A stretch of 63,849 bases of DNA, the filler included, from Nanobdellota archaeon (GTDB taxonomy: Archaea > Nanobdellota > Nanobdellia > Woesearchaeales > CAZZGN01), in assembly GCA_051819665.1 (NCBI GenBank). It is 3 parts of 3 records of this genome, joined end to end, with 100 filler letters (N's around TTAATTAATTAA, not from the genome) between each part and the next. Parts side by side here need not be neighbours in the genome. Positions count along the whole stretch, not along the records: positions 25,582 to 50,590 come from JBNJDG010000012.1; 2 more parts are not named here. The stretch is one strand, 5' to 3'. Below are positions 28,365 through 38,563 of this stretch, piece after piece (within the stretch, counting starts at the first letter, position 1; each line of letters starts with the position of its first letter). Made by a program: the position numbers and the translations under genes. The notes under the pieces were generated by a model. That model was not told the DNA's origin, searched no databases, and saw nothing but the letters and a program-made list of their open reading frames with translations.

Positions 28365-29779
28365 AACTGCATAATACGATGTCCGGAAAGAAAGAAGAAT
28401 TCATACCACTGAAAGAAGGTCATACGGGCATCTACAGCTGCGGGCCGACAGTCTACTCAAGGGCCCATATAGGGAACCTGAGAGCATATATATTCTCGGA
28501 TGTACTAAGGAAAGCCCTCAGACTAAATGGGTATAAGGTAAAACAGGTAATGAACATAACCGACGTGGGCCACCTGACTTCTGATTCCGATACAGGAGAA
28601 GACAAGATGGAAAAAGGGGCCCAGAGGGAGAGATTGACAGTCTGGGACATAGCAGAGAAATACACGAAGCTTTTCAGGGAAGATATAGCCAAGCTCAATA
28701 TAGAAGAACCCGATATCTGGTGCAAGGCAACAGAGCATATAGATGAACAGATAAACCTCGTGAAGAAGATCATGGATAACGGTTTCGCCTACAGGCTGAA
28801 AGACGGTATATACTTCGACACGAGCAAGCTCGATGATTACGGCAGACTAGCAAGGCTCGATCCGGAAGGCCTCAAAGAAGGTGCGAGAGTTGCCAAGGTA
28901 GAGGGGAAGAGAAATCCTACCGATTTCGCCTTATGGAAATTCTCTCCTAAAGACAAGCAGAGGCAGATGGAATGGGACAGCCCGTGGGGCAAAGGCTTCC
29001 CCGGCTGGCATATAGAATGCTCTGCCATGTCGATGAAATACCTCGGCGAGGTCTTCGATATACATACAGGCGGAGTCGATCACATCCCTGTACATCATCC
29101 CAACGAGATAGCCCAGGCAAAAGCTGCCCACGGGAAAGAGTTCGTGAGGTACTGGCTCCATAACGAGTTCCTGGTGATGCCAACAGGCAAGATGTCAAAG
29201 TCCCTCGGGAATATAAATGACCTGAGCAGCCTCGAGGAAGCAGGCATAAGCCCTCTCGATTACAGGTACTTCTGCCTAAACACCCATTACAGGAAACAGC
29301 TGATGTTCTCTGAGGAAGCTATGAAAGCTGCGAAGAATTCCCTTGCAAGGCTCAGGAACAGGATACTTGAACTCAAGAGAGAGGATAAGGAGGGCAGTGA
29401 TGCAAAAGGATACAAGGAAAGGATCATGGAGATGCTCTCTGATGACCTTAATATTCCTAAAGCCCTCGGTGTGTTGCAGGAGATGCTCTCTGATGAGAGC
29501 CTCAGCTCTGAAGAGAGAGTGAAGACTGCCCTGTTCTTCGATAAGAACGTCCTCGGTCTTGATCTTGACAAAGGCACAGAAAGGAACAAGAAGACCCTCT
29601 CAGGAGTTGATGTATATTACACAGGCGAGGTTGATGAGGAGATCATAAGGAAAACGGCAGAGAGGGAGAACGCGAGGAAAGAGAAAGATTTCGACAAAGC
29701 AGACAAGATAAGGGACGAGCTCAAAGAGAAAGGTTATACGATAAAAGACCGGAAAGAAGGGCCTGAGATACAGGTCTGA
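28361..29779 (+). CDS. cysS: cysteine--tRNA ligase
   Basis: CGPTVY..HIGN, DFALWK, PGWHIECSAM, KMSKS. Confidence 0.97.
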   Translation: MKLHNTMSGKKEEFIPLKEGHTGIYSCGPTVYSRAHIGNLRAYIFSDVLRKALRLNGYKVKQVMNITDVGHLTSDSDTGEDKMEKGAQRERLTVWDIAEKYTKLFREDIAKLNIEEPDIWCKATEHIDEQINLVKKIMDNGFAYRLKDGIYFDTSKLDDYGRLARLDPEGLKEGARVAKVEGKRNPTDFALWKFSPKDKQRQMEWDSPWGKGFPGWHIECSAMSMKYLGEVFDIHTGGVDHIPVHHPNEIAQAKAAHGKEFVRYWLHNEFLVMPTGKMSKSLGNINDLSSLEEAGISPLDYRYFCLNTHYRKQLMFSEEAMKAAKNSLARLRNRILELKREDKEGSDAKGYKERIMEMLSDDLNIPKALGVLQEMLSDESLSSEERVKTALFFDKNVLGLDLDKGTERNKKTLSGVDVYYTGEVDEEIIRKTAERENARKEKDFDKADKIRDELKEKGYTIKDRKEGPEIQV

Positions 29780-29863
29780 TTTCCCTTATTCTTTTTTATA
29801 ACTACTATAGAGTAATTAAAAATAGAAAAATTTAAATAGAGGTTGTCCACAAACGCCCGTAAC

Positions 29864-30250
29864 ATGGGGAAAAGATATAATGTAGAAAGGTCCGATATAA
29901 TTCCCACGCAGGATTATCTTGAACAGAAGACCATCAATTTCTATAAAGAGAGAGAACCGACCATCCCGATCCCGGTAGCAAAAGATCTCTGGAAAGAGAA
30001 CGCTTTCAGGGCAATAGACGGACACCACAACATCGCCGTCAATGAGAGTCTGCCAGCCTGGATTGCAGAATCACCAAAAGATACGATACCTTATGAAGAA
30101 TTCCCTGAAGCGGATAAGAGATACATAGACGAATGCAATGAACAGATAAAGAAAAGGTTCGATACCGCTCTTTTCTACACACCCTATGTCTATGGGAACA
30201 GTATAGAGAGCATTGAAAGCCTGGTGAAAGCTTCCGATGTGAACATCTAA
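29864..30250 (+). CDS. ParB/Srx-fold-like small protein
   Basis: IIPTQ..L, PIPV and IDGHH motifs. Confidence 0.55.
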   Translation: MGKRYNVERSDIIPTQDYLEQKTINFYKEREPTIPIPVAKDLWKENAFRAIDGHHNIAVNESLPAWIAESPKDTIPYEEFPEADKRYIDECNEQIKKRFDTALFYTPYVYGNSIESIESLVKASDVNI

Positions 30251-32610
30251 ACAATCTCTGCCTTAAACTCTTCGGAAGGCTCTTCCTCTATCTCTTTCAC
30301 CTTAGAAGCGGCCCTGAAATCATCCTTAGCCTTTATCTCCCTGTTCACCCTGAGCTTAGGGAGCTCCTCCTTCAACGAAAGGTTATTCTCTGATTTATAC
30401 TTCCTCACCTCAGAGAGTACCTTAGTGAAGTAATCACCCTCTTCCTCGAGCTCGTCATCGATGAGCTCATCATAATGCTCAGGCCAGTCAGAGAGGTGTA
30501 CACTCATCCTGCCCTCTTTCTCAGCGAAATGCATGTGATACACTTCCTCGGTTATGAAAGGCATTATAGGAGCGAAGAGTTTGATCACTGAATCCACCAC
30601 AGTATAAAGGGTCTTCTGGGCGGATTTCCTGCTCTCCTCACCTCTCCTGCCAGGATTATAGAGCCTGTCCTTGACGATCTCCAGGTAATGATCACAGAAT
30701 ACATTCCAGAAGAAATTATCGATAGCATGCTTAGCTTTAGAGTATTCATACTTATCGAAGGATTCTGTGGCTGTCTTGATGACCCTGTTCAGTTTAGAGA
30801 GTATCCACCTGTCCATGAAACAGAGCTCGCCGTCATAACCTTCATAATCCTTCAGGTGCATGATAGCGAACTTGGAGGCATTGAGTATCTTCGTGACGGT
30901 CTTCTTTCCTGTCACGAGGTCTTTCTCCTTATAAGGTATATCCTCTCCTATACTCGACTCTGCAGCCCAGTACCTGACAGCATCAGCACCGTACTTCTGG
31001 ATCACATCCTGAGGCTTTATCACATTACCCTTCGACTTTGACATCTTCTTCCCTTTAGGGTCAAGAGCCCATCCGGAGATCATTACATCATAGAAGGGCA
31101 GGGATCCATCATGTAGGTGGCTCCTCACTACCGTGTTGAACAACCAGAACGAGATTATATCATGCGCCTGCGGCCTTAAGCTCATCGGGAATATCTTATC
31201 ATACACCGGCTGGCCTTTGAATCGGTCCGCCGCAAGATGAGGCGTCAGGGAAGACGTAGCCCAGGTGTCCATGACATCCTTCTCCGGCAATAGTTGATCT
31301 GAAGAATAGCCTTCCGGAACATCCTTCATCGGATCAACGGGAAGCTGCTCTTCTTTCGGATAGACTGGCTCACCCGTCTCCTTATCATACCAGACCGGGA
31401 AAGGCACGCCCGAGAAACGCTGCCTGCTGATACACCAGTCCCACTGAAGTCCTTTGACCCAGTTATCATAACGATGTTTCATATGTGCAGGATACCAGTT
31501 GAGCTCTTCCCCTCTCTTCAGGAAATCATCCTTTAAGTCAAGGTATCTTATGAACCACTGCTTGGAATGGATGAACTCTATCTCCGCACCGGACCTCTCG
31601 CCGACATTGACTACATGGGTTATATCTTCCTGATGAGTCAGTTCTCCGGTCTCTTTCATCTCTTCTATAATCTTCTCTCTCGCTTCTTTCACCTTCATGC
31701 CTTCGAACTTACCCGCAAGGGATGTCATCCTGCCGTCCTTCGCGATAGCCTCTTTAAGAGGAAGATCATAAGCCTTGTACCATTCTATATCGTTCTGGTC
31801 ACCGAAAGTACAGCACATTACAACTCCGGAACCTTTCTCAGGGTCCACTCTCTGATCGGCCATGACGCTCACCTTATGGTGATAGAAAGGCACGATCATC
31901 TTCTTCCCCTCAAGATACTTGTTCTTCTCATCTTCCGGATGGACGAAGACAGCTACACATGCGGAGAGAAGCTCAGGCCTGGTAGTGGAGACGGTCACTT
32001 CCTCACCATCTTCTGTCTTAAACATAATATCGTTGAACTTGGACTGGATCTCCTTGTCCTCGAGCTCAACCTGCGAGAGGGCTGTCTGAAGGACAGGATC
32101 CCACATAACAGGTGCGTTCTTCCTATACACCCTCTCCTTCTTCACAAGATCGAGGAACGCTTTCTGTGATATCTTCCTCGAGTCAGGGCTTATTGTAGTA
32201 TAGAATATGTCCCAGTCACAGCTCATCCCTATCCTTTTCCAGTCTTCGATGTAAGAAGGCCTCAATTCCTCATCAAGGGTCTTAAGACAGAGATTGATGA
32301 ACTCTTCCCTGTCCATCCTCGTGGCTTTCACTTTCTTCTTCTTCTCGATGAGCCTCTCTGTAGCAAGCCCGTTATCATCTGTCCCGAAAGGCTGGAAAAC
32401 ATTAAAGCCTTTCATCCTCTTATACCTTGCTATGATATCCTGCTGGGAGAAACTGAAAGCATGACCGAGGTGCATAGCACCCGAAACTGTTGGCGGAGGT
32501 GTGTCTATCGAGAAAACTTCCTTCTCTGACTTGGGATCGAACTTATAGATCTTGTTCTCGAGCCAGTACCTGACCCATCTCTCCTCCGCTTCTTCAGGTT
32601 TGTATTTCAT
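30247..32610 (-). CDS. valS: valine--tRNA ligase (archaeal type)
   Basis: IDTPPPTVSG.MH.GH, DWCISRQR, RPQAHDII, KMSKS; start at MKYKPEE. Confidence 0.96.
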   Translation of the reverse strand: MKYKPEEAEERWVRYWLENKIYKFDPKSEKEVFSIDTPPPTVSGAMHLGHAFSFSQQDIIARYKRMKGFNVFQPFGTDDNGLATERLIEKKKKVKATRMDREEFINLCLKTLDEELRPSYIEDWKRIGMSCDWDIFYTTISPDSRKISQKAFLDLVKKERVYRKNAPVMWDPVLQTALSQVELEDKEIQSKFNDIMFKTEDGEEVTVSTTRPELLSACVAVFVHPEDEKNKYLEGKKMIVPFYHHKVSVMADQRVDPEKGSGVVMCCTFGDQNDIEWYKAYDLPLKEAIAKDGRMTSLAGKFEGMKVKEAREKIIEEMKETGELTHQEDITHVVNVGERSGAEIEFIHSKQWFIRYLDLKDDFLKRGEELNWYPAHMKHRYDNWVKGLQWDWCISRQRFSGVPFPVWYDKETGEPVYPKEEQLPVDPMKDVPEGYSSDQLLPEKDVMDTWATSSLTPHLAADRFKGQPVYDKIFPMSLRPQAHDIISFWLFNTVVRSHLHDGSLPFYDVMISGWALDPKGKKMSKSKGNVIKPQDVIQKYGADAVRYWAAESSIGEDIPYKEKDLVTGKKTVTKILNASKFAIMHLKDYEGYDGELCFMDRWILSKLNRVIKTATESFDKYEYSKAKHAIDNFFWNVFCDHYLEIVKDRLYNPGRRGEESRKSAQKTLYTVVDSVIKLFAPIMPFITEEVYHMHFAEKEGRMSVHLSDWPEHYDELIDDELEEEGDYFTKVLSEVRKYKSENNLSLKEELPKLRVNREIKAKDDFRAASKVKEIEEEPSEEFKAEIV

Positions 32611-32669
32611 CAGGGATAGGCTACAGGAATTTTTATTTAAAGGTTTTGTTCGGAAAATAGAAAAACTGT

Positions 32670-33140
32670 TCACATGAACTTGATGTAATTCTCTTTCACA
32701 ATAAAATCCTGGTAATCAACAGTCTTCACAAGATCACGGAAATTCTTGTCAAGTTTTCCAATATCATCAACCCTGTAAAGAGCTTTTGCGAAGATATCCG
32801 GTTTTATGTCCTTTAAAGAATCACCATTTTCTGTCCTCAAACCCTCAAAATCAAAACCGGATGTGATATCTGAGAACGAACCTTCATAATTTTTTCTTAT
32901 TGCATCTTCCCATTTACTATCGATTTTTATAAGGCCACCATATACAGGTCCCGGACCCATGAATAATTGTTCATTATCTTTTTCCAGATCAAGGAGATGA
33001 AACCTTGACAATCCGGAAACATAAGACATGCCGTTCATTGAAGACATCTCCCTGAAGGCATCTGGGAGTTCATATCTTTCTCTGCTCGTGCCGAATTTCC
33101 TTGACAATCTATACAGATACTGCTTATCCATCCTCTCCAT
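32670..33140 (-). CDS. hypothetical protein
   Basis: 156-aa ORF with upstream TTTATATA box. Confidence 0.55.
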   Translation of the reverse strand: MERMDKQYLYRLSRKFGTSRERYELPDAFREMSSMNGMSYVSGLSRFHLLDLEKDNEQLFMGPGPVYGGLIKIDSKWEDAIRKNYEGSFSDITSGFDFEGLRTENGDSLKDIKPDIFAKALYRVDDIGKLDKNFRDLVKTVDYQDFIVKENYIKFM

Positions 33141-33213
33141 GTCCCTGAGAAGTAATAACGCATATATAAACTTTTCAAAAGATTAATAAAGCTCAAAAAA
33201 AGCCGTCAGTATT

Positions 33214-34422
33214 ATGCCAAGCCCATGGACAAAAAAGTACCAGCCGGCCTCAACCAAGGAGATTATAGGCCAGGAAGAGCAGATGAACAGGCTGAGGGAT
33301 TTCGTGAACAACTATAAGAAACAGAAGAAAAAGGCAGCCCTCCTTTACGGCACTCCCGGCTCAGGAAAAACATCATCAGTGCATGCCCTCGCAAAAGAAC
33401 TTGATCTCGAGATAATAGAGGTCAATGCCTCGGATTTCAGGAACAAGGCAAAGATAGACTCAATTGTAGGTAATGCGATGAAGCAGGTCTCGCTCTTCGG
33501 GAAGTCCAAGATCATCCTCGTTGATGAGATGGATGGCCTCTCCGGAACAAAGGACAGAGGCGGAATTCCTGAGCTCACCAAACTTCTACAGAAGAGTTCT
33601 TTCCCGATAATCCTAACTGCCAACAACCCATGGCATAAGAAATTCAACACTCTGAGGAAGAAAGCTGAGCTTATCGAGTTCAACCCTCTCACACAGAAGA
33701 CAGTCTACCAGATAATGGAGAAGATCTGCAAAGAGGAGAGCATAGAATACGATGAAAGGACGCTAAAGACATTCTCGAGGAGAGCAGGGACTGATTTAAG
33801 AGGAGCCATAAACGACCTCCAGACCCTTACCCAGGACAAAAAGCTCACAAAGGAATCCCTTGAGGACCTCAATGAGAGGAACACGACCGAACCAATCATA
33901 AACGCTCTCCTGAAGATCTTCAAGACCACCGATGCAGGCGTTGCAAAGGAGAGTTTAGATAATGTTGATGAGGATCATGACGAGTGCATGCTCTGGATCG
34001 ATGAGAACCTCCCGAGAGAATATGAGAAACCGGAGGATCTCGCCAGGGCCTATGAGATGCTCTCCAGAGCGGATGTGTTCAGGAGAAGGATAAAGAGAAG
34101 ACAGCACTGGCGCTTCCTTGTCTATATCTACGCATTGATCTCTGCAGGGATAGCTACCGCAAAGGACGAGAAGTACAAGAAATTCACCAAGTACAGGAGG
34201 TCACAAAGGCCCCTTAAGATATGGAGAGCCAACATGAAGAACCAGAAGAGGAATGCGATAGCACAGAAGATAGCCGAGAAGACCCACAGTTCTGTTAAGG
34301 ATACGATAAAATCCTCATTAAGATACATCGCGGTCACCGCTTCAAAGAACAAGCAGGTTGCAGAGGACCTTGAGCTTGAGAAGGACGAGCTTGACTGGCT
34401 GAAAAAATCCATCGAGCATTGA
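33214..34422 (+). CDS. rfcL: replication factor C large subunit
   Basis: PWTKKY.P, GTPGSGKT, EVNASD.R, DEMDG, DLRGAINDLQ, WIDENLP. Confidence 0.95.
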   Translation: MPSPWTKKYQPASTKEIIGQEEQMNRLRDFVNNYKKQKKKAALLYGTPGSGKTSSVHALAKELDLEIIEVNASDFRNKAKIDSIVGNAMKQVSLFGKSKIILVDEMDGLSGTKDRGGIPELTKLLQKSSFPIILTANNPWHKKFNTLRKKAELIEFNPLTQKTVYQIMEKICKEESIEYDERTLKTFSRRAGTDLRGAINDLQTLTQDKKLTKESLEDLNERNTTEPIINALLKIFKTTDAGVAKESLDNVDEDHDECMLWIDENLPREYEKPEDLARAYEMLSRADVFRRRIKRRQHWRFLVYIYALISAGIATAKDEKYKKFTKYRRSQRPLKIWRANMKNQKRNAIAQKIAEKTHSSVKDTIKSSLRYIAVTASKNKQVAEDLELEKDELDWLKKSIEH

Positions 34423-34544
34423 AAATCTTTCAATATATAATACTGAAAAACTTTCTACAAAGGATGAATATCTTTCCAGAGTGATGAAGGATCTTTATTC
34501 TTTCCTAGACAAACCACTTTAATATCCTTCTCCCTATTTCCGAT

Positions 34545-35192
34545 ATGGCGATAAGGAAAATAATAAGCACCGCACTGCTGGGTCTTCTTTCCCTCAATGC
34601 CTCCGGACCTGATCCTGAAAAGGGATGGACCAGGCAGGAAAAAGGACTGGCCATAAGGAAGAAAGAACCAAAAGAGATAGAATTCTACAGGGATTCCTTC
34701 CCTAAGGTCCTCGACAGTCTTCCCGATGATACTTACATGGCAGTGAACATAGATAAATCAGAACAGAGCCTGAGTCTTTACGAGAAAAGGCCTTGGGGCT
34801 GGCAGGAAAAATACGACTGGGAAGCATCAACTGGAAGATACAAGGGAGATAAGGAAAAGAGAGGGGATAATAAGACGCCTGAAGGCATATTCACCATCTC
34901 AAAGATCCACAACAGCAGCAACTGGCTGTACAATGGAGAAAGGGCTTACGGGCCTTATTTCCTGAGGCTCCATACAGGATGGCAGGGGATAGGCATCCAC
35001 GGCACTAATGAACCTGAAAGACTGGGAAAAAGAGCATCACACGGGTGCATAAGGCTCACCAATGATAACATCTCCAGATTAAAGAGCGAGATCGACACAG
35101 GAACTTATGTGACCATATCAAAAGAGCCTGAATACAAGAAGTTCATTAAGGCCAGAATAGAAGGAGGCAATTACAATGCTGGACGAAAATGA
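34545..35192 (+). CDS. secreted YkuD-family L,D-transpeptidase
   Basis: Signal peptide; STG..GD.KTPEG.F; intact catalytic IGIHGT...ASHGCIRL. Confidence 0.9.
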   Translation: MAIRKIISTALLGLLSLNASGPDPEKGWTRQEKGLAIRKKEPKEIEFYRDSFPKVLDSLPDDTYMAVNIDKSEQSLSLYEKRPWGWQEKYDWEASTGRYKGDKEKRGDNKTPEGIFTISKIHNSSNWLYNGERAYGPYFLRLHTGWQGIGIHGTNEPERLGKRASHGCIRLTNDNISRLKSEIDTGTYVTISKEPEYKKFIKARIEGGNYNAGRK

Positions 35193-35961
35193 CCTTGAAA
35201 GCAAACTCGATGATTTCCATAAGAAGAAAGGCGGGCATGTTTCGGTTATAGAGAAGATATGGAGGAAATTCAGAATCACCTACGCAGCTTATGCAGTAGG
35301 GATAGGCATACTCGCCGGTTACGGAATGTATTCTTTACAGAAGATGAAATCAGAGACTGAAGAGAAGATCGAAGAGAGGATAAGTGATGTATCAACTCCC
35401 GAAAGGGAGAAGACAACAACACAGAATGAAGATAAGGAAATCGAGGAAAATCCAGAACATGAGAAGAAGAGCATCTTCGAAAAGATCGATGATAAGGACA
35501 TGATAATATACGTAAACAAAACTGATAACGAAACAAAGCTCTACGATACGGATAAGGACGAATTCATCTATGAAGCCAATTCCATTGACGGCGAAGGAGG
35601 ACAGGGGCCGAAAGAGAGGAAAGGCGACCATAAAACGCCCGAGGGGTTCTATGACATAGTCAGGGCAAAGAAACTCGATAAGGAACATGAGCTTTACGGA
35701 GAAGGATTCATCAAGATCGATTACCCGAACAACTCAGACCTTAGGGAAGGCCGGAACGGAGGAGGCATGCTTCTCTGTGGCACAGGGAGATACAGGAGGA
35801 AGAGAGCCATCGAGGATTCGGATGACATAACCAACGGAGGAGTGATCATGAAGAATTATGATATCAAGAATATCATCAATAAGGTAAGGGGAGAAGATGC
35901 TGTAGTCATGATAGAGGACAGGAAAAGGAAACTGGACATGAATGATTACAACAGCTACTGA
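35176..35961 (+). CDS. membrane-anchored YkuD-fold protein with altered catalytic motif
   Basis: GPKERKGDHKTPEGFY and IDYPN..D (YafK/DpaA-like); HG replaced by CG and GC replaced by GG. Confidence 0.75.
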   Translation: MLDENDLESKLDDFHKKKGGHVSVIEKIWRKFRITYAAYAVGIGILAGYGMYSLQKMKSETEEKIEERISDVSTPEREKTTTQNEDKEIEENPEHEKKSIFEKIDDKDMIIYVNKTDNETKLYDTDKDEFIYEANSIDGEGGQGPKERKGDHKTPEGFYDIVRAKKLDKEHELYGEGFIKIDYPNNSDLREGRNGGGMLLCGTGRYRRKRAIEDSDDITNGGVIMKNYDIKNIINKVRGEDAVVMIEDRKRKLDMNDYNSY

Positions 35962-36069
35962 AAGATTTCCGGAGGATTAAAAACCTTAATGGAAAAATTC
36001 CGGTGTAAATAAAAGATCTCCGGAAAAATCTCAAAAAGACATATTAAAGAAAAAAACCACGGATAACAT

Positions 36070-36708
36070 ATGGAGCTCTCAGACATAATAAAAGGAAACG
36101 TACCAGAATACAGGAAGTACGAGGACCGATTCGATCACCTTCTCAAAAATAAGATCGAGTATGATTCTCTCGATAAGATAAACGAAGATATCGCTTTCCT
36201 CAAGTACAATTCCAGGAAGGGTAATCTGGGAAGAGCCTTAAAAGATACCTCGAGAGATATAAAAGATAAGACTGTAGACAAGTATATCAACAAGCTCCAG
36301 AAATACAGGAACAAAGAATTCTATAAGAACGTGAAGAAGAAAGCGGATGATGATGTGAAAGAGATGATAAACATCTATGATCTCAACAGCGAGAAAAATA
36401 TCTACGGCCTGAAGGAGAGGCTCGAGACCATAAAAACAATGATAGTGAAGCATGGCGAATACGATATGGTCAATCCTAACAATGTGGATGAACTCAATTA
36501 CCTTAAGAAGAGGATTGAGAAGAACAACTATCTTAACAAGAAAGCGGAAAAGGATCCCTCCCTGAATCATCTTAGATACGAGATAATAGAACATATAGAG
36601 GGTTATGACTGCATCAACGAAACCTTTTCGCAGAAAAAGGACAAAAAGAGAACCTTGAAGAATTTTGCCAACAAAGCAGCAAGTTACATGGCAGGTCTAT
36701 TTGGGTAA
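36070..36708 (+). CDS. hypothetical protein
   Basis: 212-aa helical ORF. Confidence 0.55.
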   Translation: MELSDIIKGNVPEYRKYEDRFDHLLKNKIEYDSLDKINEDIAFLKYNSRKGNLGRALKDTSRDIKDKTVDKYINKLQKYRNKEFYKNVKKKADDDVKEMINIYDLNSEKNIYGLKERLETIKTMIVKHGEYDMVNPNNVDELNYLKKRIEKNNYLNKKAEKDPSLNHLRYEIIEHIEGYDCINETFSQKKDKKRTLKNFANKAASYMAGLFG

Positions 36709-37137
36709 ACGCTTGACGGGAGTATCCACCATATTATTCTCATACCACTTGAGGATATCATTGAATGATTCCTGTGGAAGCCTGTAGAAAGAAACACGTC
36801 CTGAAAAATTCTCTCTGGAACAACTTGATTCATCCGAATAGATCAGATTAGCGCCCTTCCTCCCGGCCTTGTTAAGCATGTTCCCATAAGCTCTGTAATC
36901 CGCAGGCAGACCTATTGGATTTTCCTTCTTCCTCATCTTCTCCTCTAACAGCAGATCACCCTTCCAACCGGGAGTATCATAATGTACTCCGGGCACAACA
37001 ATACCGGCTCTCCTGAATCTGTTTGCCGGTAGGTATAAACGTTCAGTCTCCTTCCTGCTATAGATGATCACGTCTATATTCTTATCTCCAAAGCTTCCTC
37101 TCTCCACAGCTGGTTCCAGCCTGAACATTACTATCAC
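36697..37137 (-). CDS. hypothetical protein
   Basis: GTG start overlapping the upstream stop. Confidence 0.5.
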   Translation of the reverse strand: MIVMFRLEPAVERGSFGDKNIDVIIYSRKETERLYLPANRFRRAGIVVPGVHYDTPGWKGDLLLEEKMRKKENPIGLPADYRAYGNMLNKAGRKGANLIYSDESSCSRENFSGRVSFYRLPQESFNDILKWYENNMVDTPVKRLPK

Positions 37138-37670
37138 TTCCTTGCTTCGTTTATGAAGAGCGGTGGCAGGTTCCGCGGCTCCATATGGAACCTTACATCA
37201 TCGAACAAAGGCTTAAGATATTTCCTAGGATGGTTGGAATATTGGTATATGAGAAATTTTCCATCTTCAGAAAGCACTGAATGTGTCTGGCTCATCAAAT
37301 TCTTCTTCTGCTCTTTGGAGAGGTAAGTTAAAGGTATCCCTGAGATTATATAATCCGCTTTGTCAATCTTGAGAGAGGACATCACAGACTTAATGTTCTC
37401 GGCACTTTCTTTGATTATAACCAGCCTGTCATCATAAATTCTCTGGAGATCAGAGATGAACTTATCGTTGGTCTCAACAGCAACCACCATAGAATCCTTG
37501 GAAGCCTTGTCAAGAAGATACTTAGTGAAGACACCATTCCCCGGACCATACTCAACAATAATATTATCCTTTGAGAAATCAATGAGCTTGCATACCTTCT
37601 TGACACCATAGAAGGAAGTGGGAGCAAGCGCACCGACCATCTTATCCCTGATAAAATGCTTTATGAACAT
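37134..37670 (-). CDS. class I SAM-dependent methyltransferase (PmtA-like)
   Basis: VGALAPTS, IVEYGPGNGVFT, DYIISGIP, YQYS, RNLPP; start reassigned downstream of tRNA-Thr. Confidence 0.85.
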   Translation of the reverse strand: MFIKHFIRDKMVGALAPTSFYGVKKVCKLIDFSKDNIIVEYGPGNGVFTKYLLDKASKDSMVVAVETNDKFISDLQRIYDDRLVIIKESAENIKSVMSSLKIDKADYIISGIPLTYLSKEQKKNLMSQTHSVLSEDGKFLIYQYSNHPRKYLKPLFDDVRFHMEPRNLPPLFINEARK

Positions 37671-37711
37671 AGATAAAGGAGAATGACAAGAATTATTTAA
37701 GATTTTCCGAA

Positions 37712-37784
37712 AGCCTCTGCCGCGACTTGAACGCGGGACCTTTACCTTACCAAGGTAACGCTCTACCGGCTGAGCTACAGAGGC
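37712..37784 (-). tRNA. tRNA-Thr(GGT)
   Basis: GCCTCTG acceptor stem, TAGCTCAG D-arm, TTACC-TTGGTAA-GGTAA anticodon arm, GTTCAAGTC T-loop; CCA not encoded; TTTAAA box about 28 nt upstream. Confidence 0.96.
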
Positions 37785-37833
37785 ACTTCCTCTTCCGGAG
37801 ACAAACACCCCTTTAAATAGTTTTTGACAGTGA

Positions 37834-37919
37834 TGCGAGGGATGGGATTTGAACCCACGGACCCGCTTAGGGACAGGATCTTAAGTCCTGCGCATTTGAC
37901 CATACTTTGCTACCCTCGC
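37834..37919 (-). tRNA. tRNA-Leu(TAA)
   Basis: GCGAGGG acceptor stem, CAGGA-CTTAAGA-TCCTG anticodon arm, long variable arm, GTTCAAATC; TTTATAAA box about 29 nt upstream. Confidence 0.96.
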
Positions 37920-37960
37920 ATAATCTTTTGATGAGAAATATAGCCGATTTATAAAGCTTA

Positions 37961-38563
37961 TCATAAATCAAGGATACGTCCCTGTCTGCCTACATTAACC
38001 ACAGAGGTACTGCCGATCTTCTCTTCAATACCCTCTGCCTCATGGACATGACTGCAAAGAAGGAGATCAGGACTGAACTCTTCCGCAGCCTTCCTTACCC
38101 CATGACTGCCCTTCACGAAATCGGATAACTGCTCCATCCTGGAGCCGGTAGGATGTACATGGCTCACCATCACCTTCTTATCAAGATAACTTATCCCCTC
38201 ATGGGCATCACTGAAATTAGTGAAGATCTCCTCTTCCGGCATCTTATGCAGCCCGAGGTTAACGCCACTGCAGCCAAAAAAGCCTGTCTCTCCATATCTG
38301 GTGGAATAGCCATGGAGGTTTTTTATATCATAAAGCTCTGCAAGGAAATCAGCCGTTGCCTCGCTTTCATGATTGCCGGGGATTATCAGGACCTTCTTTC
38401 CCGCTTCTTTGAAAGGACCTATTATATAATCGGTGCTCTTCTCCATATTGGTAAGGTCACCGCACAAAACAACCAGATCCGCAGAATTCTCAACCGCCTT
38501 ATTTGCAAGTTTCCTTGAGAGGGAGATATCCCCGTGGATATCGCCCGCTGCAAAGATTCTCAT
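37961..38563 (-). CDS. calcineurin-like metallophosphoesterase
   Basis: GDIHG, GDL, GNHE, SHVHE. Confidence 0.9.
   Translation of the reverse strand: MRIFAAGDIHGDISLSRKLANKAVENSADLVVLCGDLTNMEKSTDYIIGPFKEAGKKVLIIPGNHESEATADFLAELYDIKNLHGYSTRYGETGFFGCSGVNLGLHKMPEEEIFTNFSDAHEGISYLDKKVMVSHVHPTGSRMEQLSDFVKGSHGVRKAAEEFSPDLLLCSHVHEAEGIEEKIGSTSVVNVGRQGRILDL

Noticed and set aside
37671..37808. N-terminal extension of the methyltransferase ORF
   Set aside because: Overlaps tRNA-Thr; the real start is ATG 37670
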